Assembly: GCA_002269645.1 (NCBI GenBank)
Contig: NIVC01000739.1
Span: 62,001-126,000 of the forward strand
Direction of reading: 5' to 3'
Length of the DNA stretch: 64,000 nucleotides
Origin: Macrostomum lignano
Lineage: Eukaryota
Positions 23,305 through 34,967 of the stretch are shown here, piece by piece. The notes beneath the pieces are model-generated. The model saw nothing but the letters and a program-made list of their open reading frames with translations. It did not search any database and was not told the origin of the DNA. The position numbers and the translations under genes were made by a program. Position 1 is the first letter of the stretch. The number at the start of each line of letters is the position of its first letter.

Positions 23305-24531
23305 TATATTATAAGTTTTGCGTATTGAGGCATAGCTTAGTTTTAAAGCTAGCTGACAGAACGAAGGTTGCGCCACAGACAGTTTCATGTACTCGTATAA
23401 AAAGTTAATAGGTTAGGTTCAATTCGTCTTTGGAAAATCATTTTCTTTCTGCTTGGCATTGGTTTTCGCATTCTAACTTAGCTTACAACAAGCAACGTAC
23501 CAATCTCAGCCAACCCATAGCGCGTAATGTTAGCTAGAGCTGGGTTTTGACCATAGACAGTAGGACCCAGTGGCTAACTTCGGGCTACCATATAGGCTCT
23601 TACAAGCTTCGATCTGACCAAGAAAAAACTTGTCTATGGCCTCAAGCAACCGAAATTTCTCGTCTTTTTAGCGTTGAACAATCAGATTCGCTTTATCGTT
23701 GAACAATTATGGATTGTTCAACGCCGATCAAAAGCGTACATCTATGAGACAATGTTGATGCGTATGTGGTTTGATCATAGACAATGATTAAGTTTCACGA
23801 GTGGCGAAGCAAACATGATGCGAAGCATCTCTCAAACCACATACGCAACTATACATTGTCCATATTCCCTGGACCTCATGATTTTTCCATAATAAATACG
23901 ATCATAGGCCCTATCTATAATACACAGTGACTAATCTATCATGGCTAAAATGTCCTAACATGGTTAACGGCTACCCTCGTACACGCACGCCGTCATGACG
24001 AAGCCTGTACTCTAGATTTTGTACACACAAGGACGGTTAAAAATCAGAGCGTCACTTTCTAAAATTAGCAACGGCCAAACGGCCCAAGCAGGGAGAAGGG
24101 GGAGAATTTTTGAGTACTTATTTGAGCGTGCTCAAGCGGACCAAAAGGAGAGTCGACGGGTGGGTAGAGGGTAGCAAAGGGTGAGGGACGGCGAACAAAT
24201 ACTCGTACATATACACATGTAGATTGGACTGGTCTGAGAGGGGAAGGGCTGTGTGGGGAGACGGGTAGGGAGTTGACAACGGGCGGGCTCTTCACTCTTC
24301 CCCCTCTCTACCCCGCCCCGGCGAGGGAGGAGCGGAGGGTTGCTGGGGACTTGACTCGCATTTGGCATATTAATGCACTGCTCTATATTAGACTGTGTAG
24401 ACACTCAGCGAGATAGAAGTCTATCATACTAAACTGTCTTTACTTTAACAGGCCTGAGAGGCCACAAGAGAAACTGTAAGACATTCAACTTAAAAAAACT
24501 ATTTAATAACAAACTATTTTATTGTTCACCA

Positions 24532-27158
24532 ATGCAGTCAATCAAGTGCGTGGTAGTTGGCGACGGAGCCGTGGGCAAGACCTGCCTGTTAATCTCGTAC
24601 GCTACAAACCAGTTTCCGGAGGAGTACATACCCACAGTGTTCGACACCTACAGTGCCAACGTGATGGTGCAGCAAAAGTCCATCAACCTGTGCCTGTGGG
24701 ATACTGCCGGTAAGATACATGTAGTTTTATGTATTAGCTACACTTCCAAACTCAAATTATGAAGACACCCTCTATCTCTTGAGGTCACATCTCTGTCTCA
24801 ATTGAGGTCACATCTCTGTCCGAGCTGAGGACATATCTCTGTCTGAGCTTAGGACACTGTCTCAACTGAGGACACATCTCTGTCTGATCTGAGGACACAT
24901 CTCTGTCTGATCTGAGGACACATCTCTGTCTAAGCTGAGGACACATCTCTGTCTGATCTGAGGACACATCTCTGTCTGAGCTGAGGACACATCTCTGTCT
25001 GAGCTGAGGACACATCTCTGTCTGATCTGAGGACACATCTCTGTCTGAGCTGAGGACACATCTCTGTCTGAGCTGAGGACACATCTCTGTCTGATCTGAG
25101 GACACATCTCTGTCTGATCTGAGGACACATCTCTGTCCGAGCTGAAGACACTGTCTCCACTGAGGACACACTTTTGTCTTATCTGAGGACACCCGTATCT
25201 CATTCATGCTCTCCATTTGAATCTGTAGAGGAAAATCACCTGTAATTATCTAGCCAACTTACTTTTTTATCCATCTCTTCCAGTCAGCCCAGCAAAAGTC
25301 TACCACCACAGCCTATAGCTAAAGCTCTGAGCAAATATGGCTAAAACACACACAAAATAAACTGATGCTGTACTCCCAGTTGCTTCTAGAGGGAAAGCAG
25401 TTCCCTCCCCTCCTCTTTCATTCTTAATCCTATGTCCATCTATAAAGCCCCTCCCCCAGCTCTTGTTTCACATCCCTTCTATATTTCTGGCAGCATGCCA
25501 AGCCATCTGCCATTGGCTGTCAGACCGAACTGTAGCAGCTCAGGCCAGGGAATTCCCTCAAGGCGATGAGGTTCGCTTCTTCTCAAATGTGTGCTTTGCC
25601 TCCGGCGTTTCAACCTGAACTTTGCATATCCCACCTCCCCCGCCTCTGCATTGGCCTAGATGATATCGATGACTAGCAGTGTTGGCAACGTGCCAAAAAT
25701 TGAACTGACTACTGAATAGCTGTCGCAATAATAACCTCAGCCACAACCGCTCCCAACCCCATCCCCTGCTGTTTGAAATCCCACTATATATTATTATCCC
25801 TTGAGAATAATCCGCTCCCATCTCACTACGTCTCTGAATTAGTAGCTATAATCCTCTTATGAAGCATTCACTCAGAATATTGATTTCATTTGCCTAGCTT
25901 GCATGGAGCGCCTTTCTGTCCATGAAATTGTATGCCAATATCATCAATATGCACGCATATATCATGGCTTTTGTCACTTTTCTGTCTTGATGTGGGCGCT
26001 TCTGTCTTGACTAGGGCGCCTTTCTGTCTTGACTAGGGCGCCTTTCTGTCTTGACTAGGGCGCCTTTCTGTCTTGACTAGGGCGCCTTTTTGTCTTGACT
26101 AGGGCGCCTTTGTGTCTTGACTAGGGCGCCTTTCTGTCTTGACTAGGGCGCCTTTGTGTCTTGGCTAGGGCGCCTTTCTGTCTTGACTAGGGCGCCTTTG
26201 TGTCTTGACTAGGGCGCCTTTTTGTCTTGACTAGGGCGCCTTATTCTGTCTTGACTAGGGCGCCTTGTTCTGTCTTGAATCGAGCGGCTTCTATCTTGAT
26301 GTGGGCGCCTTCTGTCCTGAATAAATTGTTTGTCTGCCAGTGAAAAATAGAGTTTTAGAAACCATGCAAATTTTCAGCAATTTTCAGCAAATTTTCCACT
26401 AGTGGTTTATTACTCAACGCCCCAAATACACTCGCCCACAGGTCAAGAAGAGTACGACCAGCTCAGGATACTCAGCTATCCGCAGACAGACGTAATGATT
26501 GTATGCTTTGCATTGGACAATCCCATCAGTTGCGACAATGTCCGCTCAAAATGGGTGCCTGAAGTCAGGCACTATGCTCCAAATACGCCAATATTACTTG
26601 TTGGCACTAAGAAGGATCTAAGAGACGATCCGGAGACTATTGAACGGCTTAAGGCTAAGAATCGGGCTCCAGTGTCAACAATTAAGGTAAGGAGTCAAAA
26701 TTTGTGAATTTACGCTCGTAGTGAGTTGTTTGGCAAAGTGAGGTGGCTGGCGGAGTGAGGTGGTTGCACTGGCGGAGTGAGGTGGCTGGCGGAGTGAGGT
26801 GGTTGGCGGAGTGAGGTTGTTGGCGGAGTGAGGTGTTTGGCGGAGTGAGGTGTTTGGCGGAGTGAGGTGGTTGGCGGAATGAGGTGGTTGGCGGAGTATA
26901 CGGTAAGGTGGTTGGAGTGAGAAGAGGCCGTTTATAGTGAGGTGGTTGCGGAGTTTTTTTAACAAAGATATTCTTTATTTTCCTCTCGCTCAGGGACAGG
27001 CCCTGGCCAAGGAGATACAGGCAGTGAGGTACTTAGAGTGCTCGTCCAAGCTGCAATCCGAGGTTAAGACGGTATTTGACGAGGCAATTCGGCTAGTGCT
27101 GAGCCCCAGGCCTACAACACTGAAAAAGCGTTCGAAACGGGAGTGTCTGATTCTTTAA
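24532..27158 (+). CDS. Rac-like Rho-family GTPase, 195 aa, divergent
   Basis: Exons 24532-24709, 26442-26686, 26994-27158 (GT-AG, phases 1 and 0). [33 protein letters not shown]...KTVFDEAIR, polybasic tail and CAAX box CLIL. Confidence 0.95.
24783..25190 (+). repeat. 23-bp minisatellite, Rac intron 1
   Basis: Unit CTGAGGACACATCTCTGTCTGA(T/G). Confidence 0.93.
25975..26315 (+). repeat. 22-bp minisatellite, Rac intron 1
   Basis: Unit TGACTAGGGCGCCTTTCTGTCT. Confidence 0.93.
26737..26950 (+). repeat. ~17-bp G-rich minisatellite, Rac intron 2
   Basis: Unit GGCGGAGTGAGGTGGTT. Confidence 0.9.
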
Positions 27159-28824
27159 TCAGCAAGCAGCTGGGGAAAGGGTGCCACTCATTCAGCTTGG
27201 CTTCTGAAGACTGCAGATCTTCAATAGAATAATGAATTGAATATATGGATATTTTTATCGATTTATATCATTTAACTTCTCGTTTGTTGTACCGGTCTTT
27301 AATAAATATCACACTTCAACTGTCTGCTTTCGCACATCGCAACGGTTTCTTTGCCGCAGATGGAGTAAATTATATAGCACAATATGCTACTTAATGTAAA
27401 AGATCTATCTATTGTAAATAACTAGATGTATACGTAAAATGGAAATATTTGTTTTATAGATATATACGTAGATTACATGTAAATATAGAGTGCACAAATG
27501 ATTTTTCGATTTTGAATAATTCTCCCAGTTATTAGAAATTCCCTACATGTATAGCCAGCTATAGCTCACGTGGCCTCACTCAGCATTGAAATAATCAATA
27601 TATTTGGCGACATTCAGCTGTCCCTTGAGCCCATGGTGCTCACAGGTTATTTGAACATCGCCGATTATATTGCTGATTAACAATTCTGTGCCGTGTGACA
27701 GTGTCGAAGTCTAGCGACTCCTTATACAATATTACATAATATAAAACGCGCATCAATCATATTCTTGTGCATGTCACAGTGTACATGTTATAAACTTCAT
27801 TTATGCATCAGCGATTGGATTGTTAATTTGTTAATATTTTTTCTGTGGTTTCGATCATGTTTGCACACATAGTCTTAGAATGTTAGTATAGCCTGGTTTA
27901 CCATTGTACAGATGTAGCTAGCTACTCGTAGATGTATTTTTAATGACAGGATCTGAAGTTAATTAATATGATATATATAGATGCAATTAATCCCAAGATT
28001 ACGTTTATCCGCGTGTCATAACGTTTCGGTGTCATGTTTGCATAACTATATACTTATTCATTCATATCGTTGTATTCAAAGTATCGATGCATATATCGTT
28101 TTAATACTTTTCAATCGTGTTGGTACGCAGTGTTTTACCTTCAAGTGCATGTATCGATCAGTATCCTAAAACATTACGAAGTATCAGGGTACTCGTCTAG
28201 ATTTCCAGTCTAACGATTCATCTGATTCTGATAATACCTCGTATTTCTACGAATCTGTACTTCACGAGTCCGAATAACAACACCATTTTTATCTGCATAA
28301 TACGAACTTACGTACTTTTCCTTGTATTACGTTACTTGCATGTACATTATAATTAATTAATAATTGAAAACTGTTGTGTTCAAATAAATTACGAGTAGGT
28401 AACCTTTCCATTGGTTCACAGTTAAACTACATGTAATTCTTATGATGATTTTTTTGTTATAGCTATATCTACATAATATTTGCTTCTTAATTACATCCAT
28501 TCGCCACAACAATAGCTTGCAGACATTGGATCAATTAATAGCATAGTTGAACTTATTTTTTCTGGCTTATATTAGCAATATAATTGGCTAGGTTTTTGTG
28601 AAAAATATAAAAATCAACTGACAGTGAAAACAGACTTTTGCTGAATCTTTTAACTCGTGAATGCAAACGGATTGGAATCTTTATTAGATATTTAATAGTT
28701 GTTATGTGTTACACTAGCTGTTGGCTGCAGTAAGTTTAAAACAACTGAAATAAATTAAATAATAAAACACTGATTAATAAATATTAATATCTTCTCAGAA
28801 ATATCTGTATTCAATTAATTAGAG

Positions 28825-28975
28825 CAGGGTCGGCAAACTCCGGCTCACGGGCCACATGGGGCCCGCAAAGCCTCTATCCGGCCCTCGGTTCCTTTCACAA
28901 GTTTCAAAAACCTCACAAGAGCAAACTGGTCTGCTTAAGGTTTGATTGTGTCTCTTCTCTCTTCTGTCTGATCTC

Positions 28976-29014
<39 letters not shown>

Positions 29015-29349
29015 ACTCCTTTCCCCTCTCCTCGCCTTTCTCTCCTCACTCCTCACCACTCTCTCCTCTCTCTTCTCCTATCTCTCCTCTTCTCTCCTTC
29101 CTCCTTTCCCTCCTCTCTCCTCTCTCCTTCCTTCTCGTTTCTCTCATCTCTCCTCTCTCCTCTACTATCTCTCCTCTCTCTTCTCCTATTTCGTTTCTCC
29201 TCTCTTCTCTTTTATTCCCTCTCCTCCTTTCTCTCCTATTACTCTTCTCTCTTCCCTAGTCCCTCTCCTCTCTCTTCCCTTCTCTGGCTCGCAGTCATCC
29301 GCTAAGGGTTCTCCATCTGGCCCTTGAGGTAAAAGTTTACCAGGCCTTG
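28825..29349 (+). mobile_element. hAT-like MITE with internal CT low-complexity tract
   Basis: Starts CAGGGTCGGCAAACT, ends AGTTTACCAGGCCTTG (imperfect TIR); a related 5' end occurs at 37995. Flanking 8-mers match only 5/8. Confidence 0.55.
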
Positions 29350-29766
29350 ATTTGGACAAAAGTTACCGTCGAAGGATAACGTTTAACGAAGTCAAATAAC
29401 CTAACCAAACCAAACAGGCAAATACCATAGCATTTGTTGGTTGGAAAATCGCAGTTATCGGCACTAAATATCAATAGCTAAACATGCCAAAAAGAATAAA
29501 ATTAGCCATCAGATAAAACGCGCATGCCTAATACAAATCTATAAACATTGTTCTGTTTCTATGCTGAGATTATAATTCTTTCTGTTTAGCATAAGATAAA
29601 ATATAAGCAACAAGTTTTTTATTCGCGAAGCGATTGATCTAGAGGCATCTTTTGGTATTACGCTAGTAAATTATTATCTCAATGGCTACAACCATACTAT
29701 ACTGGGTTCCAAGGTGATGGTTTTCAATGTTGCTGAGTATAGCTAGCTATAGGCCATTAGCTTGAG

Positions 29767-32700
29767 TTAACCCAAAAACAGCGCAGATCTGACTTCAAAC
29801 TTCACCAGATACCTGGGAGTGGCCTGCTCAGGTCGGTACACAATATACTCGTCGTTTAACACGCCTCCGGTTCCCCTCGAGTTCCGTTGGGCGAACACCG
29901 AGTCGAAACCGGCGGCAACAACATTCTGCAAGTTCAGGTCGTTCCTGGGTGAGTTGCACACCATGTACTTGCCGAGCACAACGTTGCACAAGAGCAGGGT
30001 CTTGACGCCGCTGTCTCTAGCGTACTGTGCACTCTTGCTAGTGTCCGTAGCAAAGTAGATCCCTGCTCCGTACATGCCTCTGTTGCCAACCTTAATTGTA
30101 TATAGCGGTTTAGAGATTGTCATTTAAAAATACACGTAGATTCAATTTATCGAAAATTTTATATCATTTAGCACAGTGTAAATACCATTGAAAACGGTAC
30201 AATGACTACCTGTCATATGTACAATGATACTCTAGCTCGTAGTAGCCAACGTCGCTAAAAGCGAAGTTTCTGGCTTGGCTGTAATCATACAGTTTTAATG
30301 GGAAAACGATACACAATCCGGCAAGAGTGGTTATATTGCAGTAGTTTCCTCTAATTTTTAACTGACTTTTAGGTTAACTTCTAACTGATGCTAAAAATAC
30401 CTGCAGTTTAAGAGAATTACGTGCGCTTGACTGACTTGCGTAGTTTCTCATACTGTAATGGAAAAAAAGGACCACCAGGAGCACATTGTTTTAGACTAGT
30501 AGTCTTTGATGGGAAAGCCATCGAGTCGAATGGTCAGAAGAATCGCCCACCCTGCCCAGGGCACCCGCAGCCCTGGATTACAAAGTATATTCAGTGCTAA
30601 CTTTAGATACCTGAAAGCCTTCCTGGATGATCTTCTCGGCTGCGTCTCCAGTCGTGCCGTGGATGAGCAGAAGTGGCTCGCTGTTTTTCTTAATCAGCTG
30701 GTCGTACACGTGATAGACCCGCCGGTCCAACACGGGGTTTTCGATCTTCTCGATGCTTCGAATTCTCACTCGGATATTGTGCTCCGGCTTGACGTATCTG
30801 GTCACCCTGTCCAACACCTGAATGTATTCCAGAGCGGTTTCAGGGTCAGTGTCCGACAGCATTGTGCGCTTGACCTGGTCGTCGTCTCTCGGTCGACTAA
30901 ACAGGCCGTTCCGCTGCATCTGGGCGGTGAGCGGCCAGCATTTGGAGCAGAAGTCATTGCTGACTAGCCGAGATGAGGCTTCACGATCCAGTTTCTCCCA
31001 GTGTCCGCAGTTAAAATGCCGAACTTTCTGCTGTAGATGTGATTAGGTTGAGATTCTATGTCGAAGCTGGATCAAACAGTCATAATGTAATAATGGTCTT
31101 GTCGTAGTCTTGAGAAACGGCGTTTTAGAACGTCATTCCGAAGATTTGCCGTGTCTCACATTAATCCCGAATGTGTCTCTCATAGTAGACTGAATGTGTC
31201 TCTCATAGTAGACGAAATGTGTCTCTCATAGTAGACTGAATGTGTCTCTCACGCGGAAGACTTGATGTGCTGGAAGACTAGATGTCTACTAGATTAATTA
31301 AGTGCTTTGAAAATATCAGACTCACCTGCTCTCTATAGTGCCCGCGGCGTCTATGATATTCTCTCCGATGGTTGCGCCTTTCTCTATCGAAACGGCCATT
31401 TCGATTTCTGTCACTGTCTTTACTGTCGGTCTCCGCCCAGCTTCTCAGATCATGTTGGCTGTTGGAGAATTCACGACTTCGATCTCTCCAAGGACTTTCG
31501 CGGTTGTTCTAAAAGCGTTTTTACAACTACGAGCTATTTTTACATAATCCGTTTGAGTAAAACAACAATACAGTTTTGATGACTCACATCTCTCCTCGTA
31601 TCGTGGAGTCCTCTTCCTCCATCGCGCCGCCCTCTATCGCTCTCGCTCAACTCGTCTAGATCTCTGTCATCCGATCGATCTCGCAAGTCGGTCTCGCTTT
31701 GCCATCTTCCGCGGGACTGCAGACCACTAAAGTCACACGCGTCAAACTGATTCTGATCGCAGTGGCGTTCCCATTTTGAATGAGGGTTTCGGCGATAGCG
31801 ATTCTGTGGGAAATGAAATTTCCATCTGGTGTAGCTCTGCCAGCCCGTAAATTTCTGTCTCTGCTTTGTTTTTTAGTCTATCTCGCCGGCATTATACTCG
31901 TAGTCTACGCACCTAAGCTTTTTTACTTTCAACTGAGCATTTGGACAAGTCGTGGTCTGTCGGTTTAGGCTACTGTTTTTATCTACTTACTATTTTAGTG
32001 CATTACTCGTATTTGGGTAGGTTGGTAGATTCGCTGCCACCAGGTCCCTGATTTCCCTAATTCTAGTATTTACGCTCGTAGATATTAAAGAAGTAAGTCA
32101 GGACACCGATTGAAATATTTTAAGTTTGACACAAAATTTAATAGAAAATGTTAACATTCAAAAGGTTGTTTTTAAATTAATATTATGTTTCCTAAGTGCT
32201 CGGGCGAGACTCCCGTTTTAGAGGCAAGACTCCTCTTGTGCAACACTATTCCTGTTCCTAGTTCCCTATTTCCCTGTTCCCTTCTTTCACCTTAAATTCC
32301 TTGATTAGTCTTTAAGTTAAAAGCGACGCAAACGGATGCCTTTCTAGGTTCGTTCGTTATTAAGTATGCCAAGGGAGTGCCAAGCCGACAACTTTCTGGC
32401 CGCGCGTCAGCCGTTTTAAAATTTGGCTCTGTCGCCTGTATATTTGTAAGTGGTAGGTTTGTAAAGTGTACAGAGACTTAATTCTTAGGTTAGACTGTAT
32501 AAGTACTACAGGGTAAGAGTAAAACAGGTGCAAGAGAATACAATAAGAGAAATAAATAAATTAAAAGTGCTCTAAAATGTAAAACCGGTAGCAACAGAGT
32601 TATCATAAGAATAAACTATAGAGATGCAGACGGCGATGTCGACGTAGCTGCCGGGCCAGTAGCCGCCTTGGATGCCGCAGCCTCTGTCGTCGCCGTCGCC

Positions 32701-34589
32701 AGCGTCGTTAATTCGAAACACTTATTTGTCTATTTTGTCTATCCATAATTTTGATTGCTGCAGGCCGAGGGATCTCGAGACAAGTCTTGACAAGATTTGG
32801 CCACAGTCAACATGGCAACATCCATATTTAATGAGTACTAGAGCATCATATATTCGAAAACCTAATGCATATTTGAATCTTTTTGCTGCCCATGATTTAA
32901 ACACTTGATTTATTATTGCTCCTGTCCTTTCGGAGTGCTTCAGAATTGCCTGAGGACTACCTCAAGTAAATCTTTTAAAAACTTTTGACTGCAAAGTTTT
33001 GCCCACTCCTCCGCAAATTTCAGTCACTCATCCTCCAAAAAATAAATGAAAGTGAAACTGGACGAATGACACGAGCTCAACTTTTGCCACCTCTTCGATA
33101 AAGCATCCACCAAATAGGCAGAATCGCCCACCAATAGTAGCTCTGAGTCAAATATTGCTGTGACGATGTCGTTATGCTATAATATTTTTAGTTTCTATCC
33201 GTTTTTTATTGTACCTAAATAGATTTTTTGTAATTAATATGGGGTTAGGGGGAAAGCCTTTTTACGTTTAGTTCTAGGAAAAATTCTGTCCATTATTTTA
33301 TGTACTGTTCTATTATTTTGGTTACCATTTTTTGTAGTAGGTTTGGAGGTTTTAGTGGGTCAGTTTTGGTGCGGTTTTGAGTGCGAGAGTTTCATGTTTT
33401 TTGGTGTAGGCTTTTCCTCTCCCTCCTCGCGCTCGTCGTGCCTCGTTGCCGTGTTCCAGTGATACTAGCCAAGACTATTTCCCCACATACCCCACAGACA
33501 AGGCTATAGAGCCAACCCAAACCGAATTAAACATTGGATTATATTTAGCATATTGAACATAGTGTTATGCCTTATGATTCGTTAATGCAGCCAATACGTA
33601 TTAACTTAATAAGGAGTTATTAAGTTGTCCTTGGTATGTGCTTAAACTGTGTCTATGTCCAAACTTTGTTAATCCTTCGAGTTGTAAGCTAGTATATCAA
33701 TACCATCTTTCAGTGTGTATGCCTTCCCTGGAGACTGACAATGCAAATTAAATGAGATTATAATATATTATATTTTTTGCAGAATAATGCATTTTGAATA
33801 CATTATGCTGTTTATAATGGATTATAAATGCTTTAAAATGCATTACAACCATATAATGCAGTAAAAGCGCATTTTTCTGCAAAAAATATAATATATTATA
33901 ATCTCGTTTAATTTGCATTGTCTGTCTCTAGGGTTCTTTCAAGTCCGAAATACAAGCGCTCTATTTGGCTTGGCCGCAAGCACGACCATGCCCCTAAACT
34001 CTCATTGACTGACAACTAAATATCCTTGTGCTCCATATAAGTAGCCATCATGACACATAGTAACTCAACTGCCGCCAAGACTGTACCCTAGTAACTTTAA
34101 TATAAGTTATATTATTATTTGTCAAGTACTACAATAAAAAAATAACCTGGAATAATTTATATTAAATTTAATAGTGAAATTAAGTTACAATTATTTTCTT
34201 TTATTATTTGAACTGCACTGAGTGCTCCGCTACAATTGCTCAATTTGTCAAGAGGCTTCAGAACCCATTCTAAATTTGATTAGAAAATATTAAACTGGAC
34301 AGCCATTGAACCTGAAAAGTCCTGCTATGCCGACCGTTCACTCCGTCTGCTGCGTCGTCTCTCTCTGATCCATATTTTTTCTCAAATTTTGCAAATTCAT
34401 TGAAAACTTTCCGAACTCACTTTCACAGAACAGTTTTTCCAATTTATTTAAATCAAACTAAAGGAAAACTTACTAACTGATGGTACAATATGAACTTACA
34501 TAAGTTGGAACTATTGCAATCACGGGTGGAGGTGGTTCAGACTGCGGAAGATACCGACTTTCTTGTTGCCTTGGCAGTACATTCTCCAT
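29767..34589 (-). CDS. PARP cluster gene P1: RD/RS-rich region, Cys/His knuckle, tankyrase-like ART domain (proximal model ~433 aa)
   Basis: Phase-0 exons 34589-34500 (MENVLP...), 34380-34312, 31803-31588, 31508-31326, 31030-30611, 30090-29767. Motifs LIHGT, GMYGAGIYFATDTSKSAQY, LLLCNVVLGK, NDEYIVYRPEQATPRYL. The two PARP exons are firm; 5' connectivity is inferred. Confidence 0.8.
33726..33933. mobile_element. Small palindromic MITE
   Basis: CCCT(G)GAGAC...ATGCAAATTAAATGAGATTATAATATATT at the left end is inverted at ~33870-33933, ending GTCTCTAGGG. Confidence 0.65.
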
Positions 34590-34967
34590 CGGATGCGCTG
34601 CTATCTGTAGTATGATTATGTGAAATCGGCAGAAAGTTCCATTGTTTACTGCATTGTAGTTGGTATATACCGCAGCTTATTACATAAACTTTATAGTTGG
34701 TAATAAATATGGGTACCAACACAATGGTTCTAAAGTAAAAAAGAAAAATATGTCACTCAGATGGTCGTAGAATTAATATACAAAGATACAAATTGGAGCC
34801 TCGTTATTTCAACATTAGTTTAGCAAGAGTATCCAGCTTTTAGGTAAAAAAACATTCAATTTCTACTCTTAGTAGACTGCAGAGGCAATATCAGTAAAAT
34901 ATCTTTTTTTTACTGTCTAGCTTCACGTCATTATAGTCTACACACTTTAGTCACCTCTAAACCACCT

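Noticed and set aside
24785-25216. Cys-containing repeat ORFs on the minus strand
   Set aside because: Translations of the 23-bp Rac intron minisatellite.
28819-29305. Leu/Ser-rich and RE-rich ORFs
   Set aside because: CT low-complexity tract inside a MITE.
30506-30967. Plus-strand ORFs opposite P1 and P2 (also 43083-43532)
   Set aside because: Antisense shadows of the PARP exons; conserved only because the sense strand is duplicated.
32620-32720. GC-rich patch as an additional P1 exon
   Set aside because: No convincing donor and no counterpart in P2.
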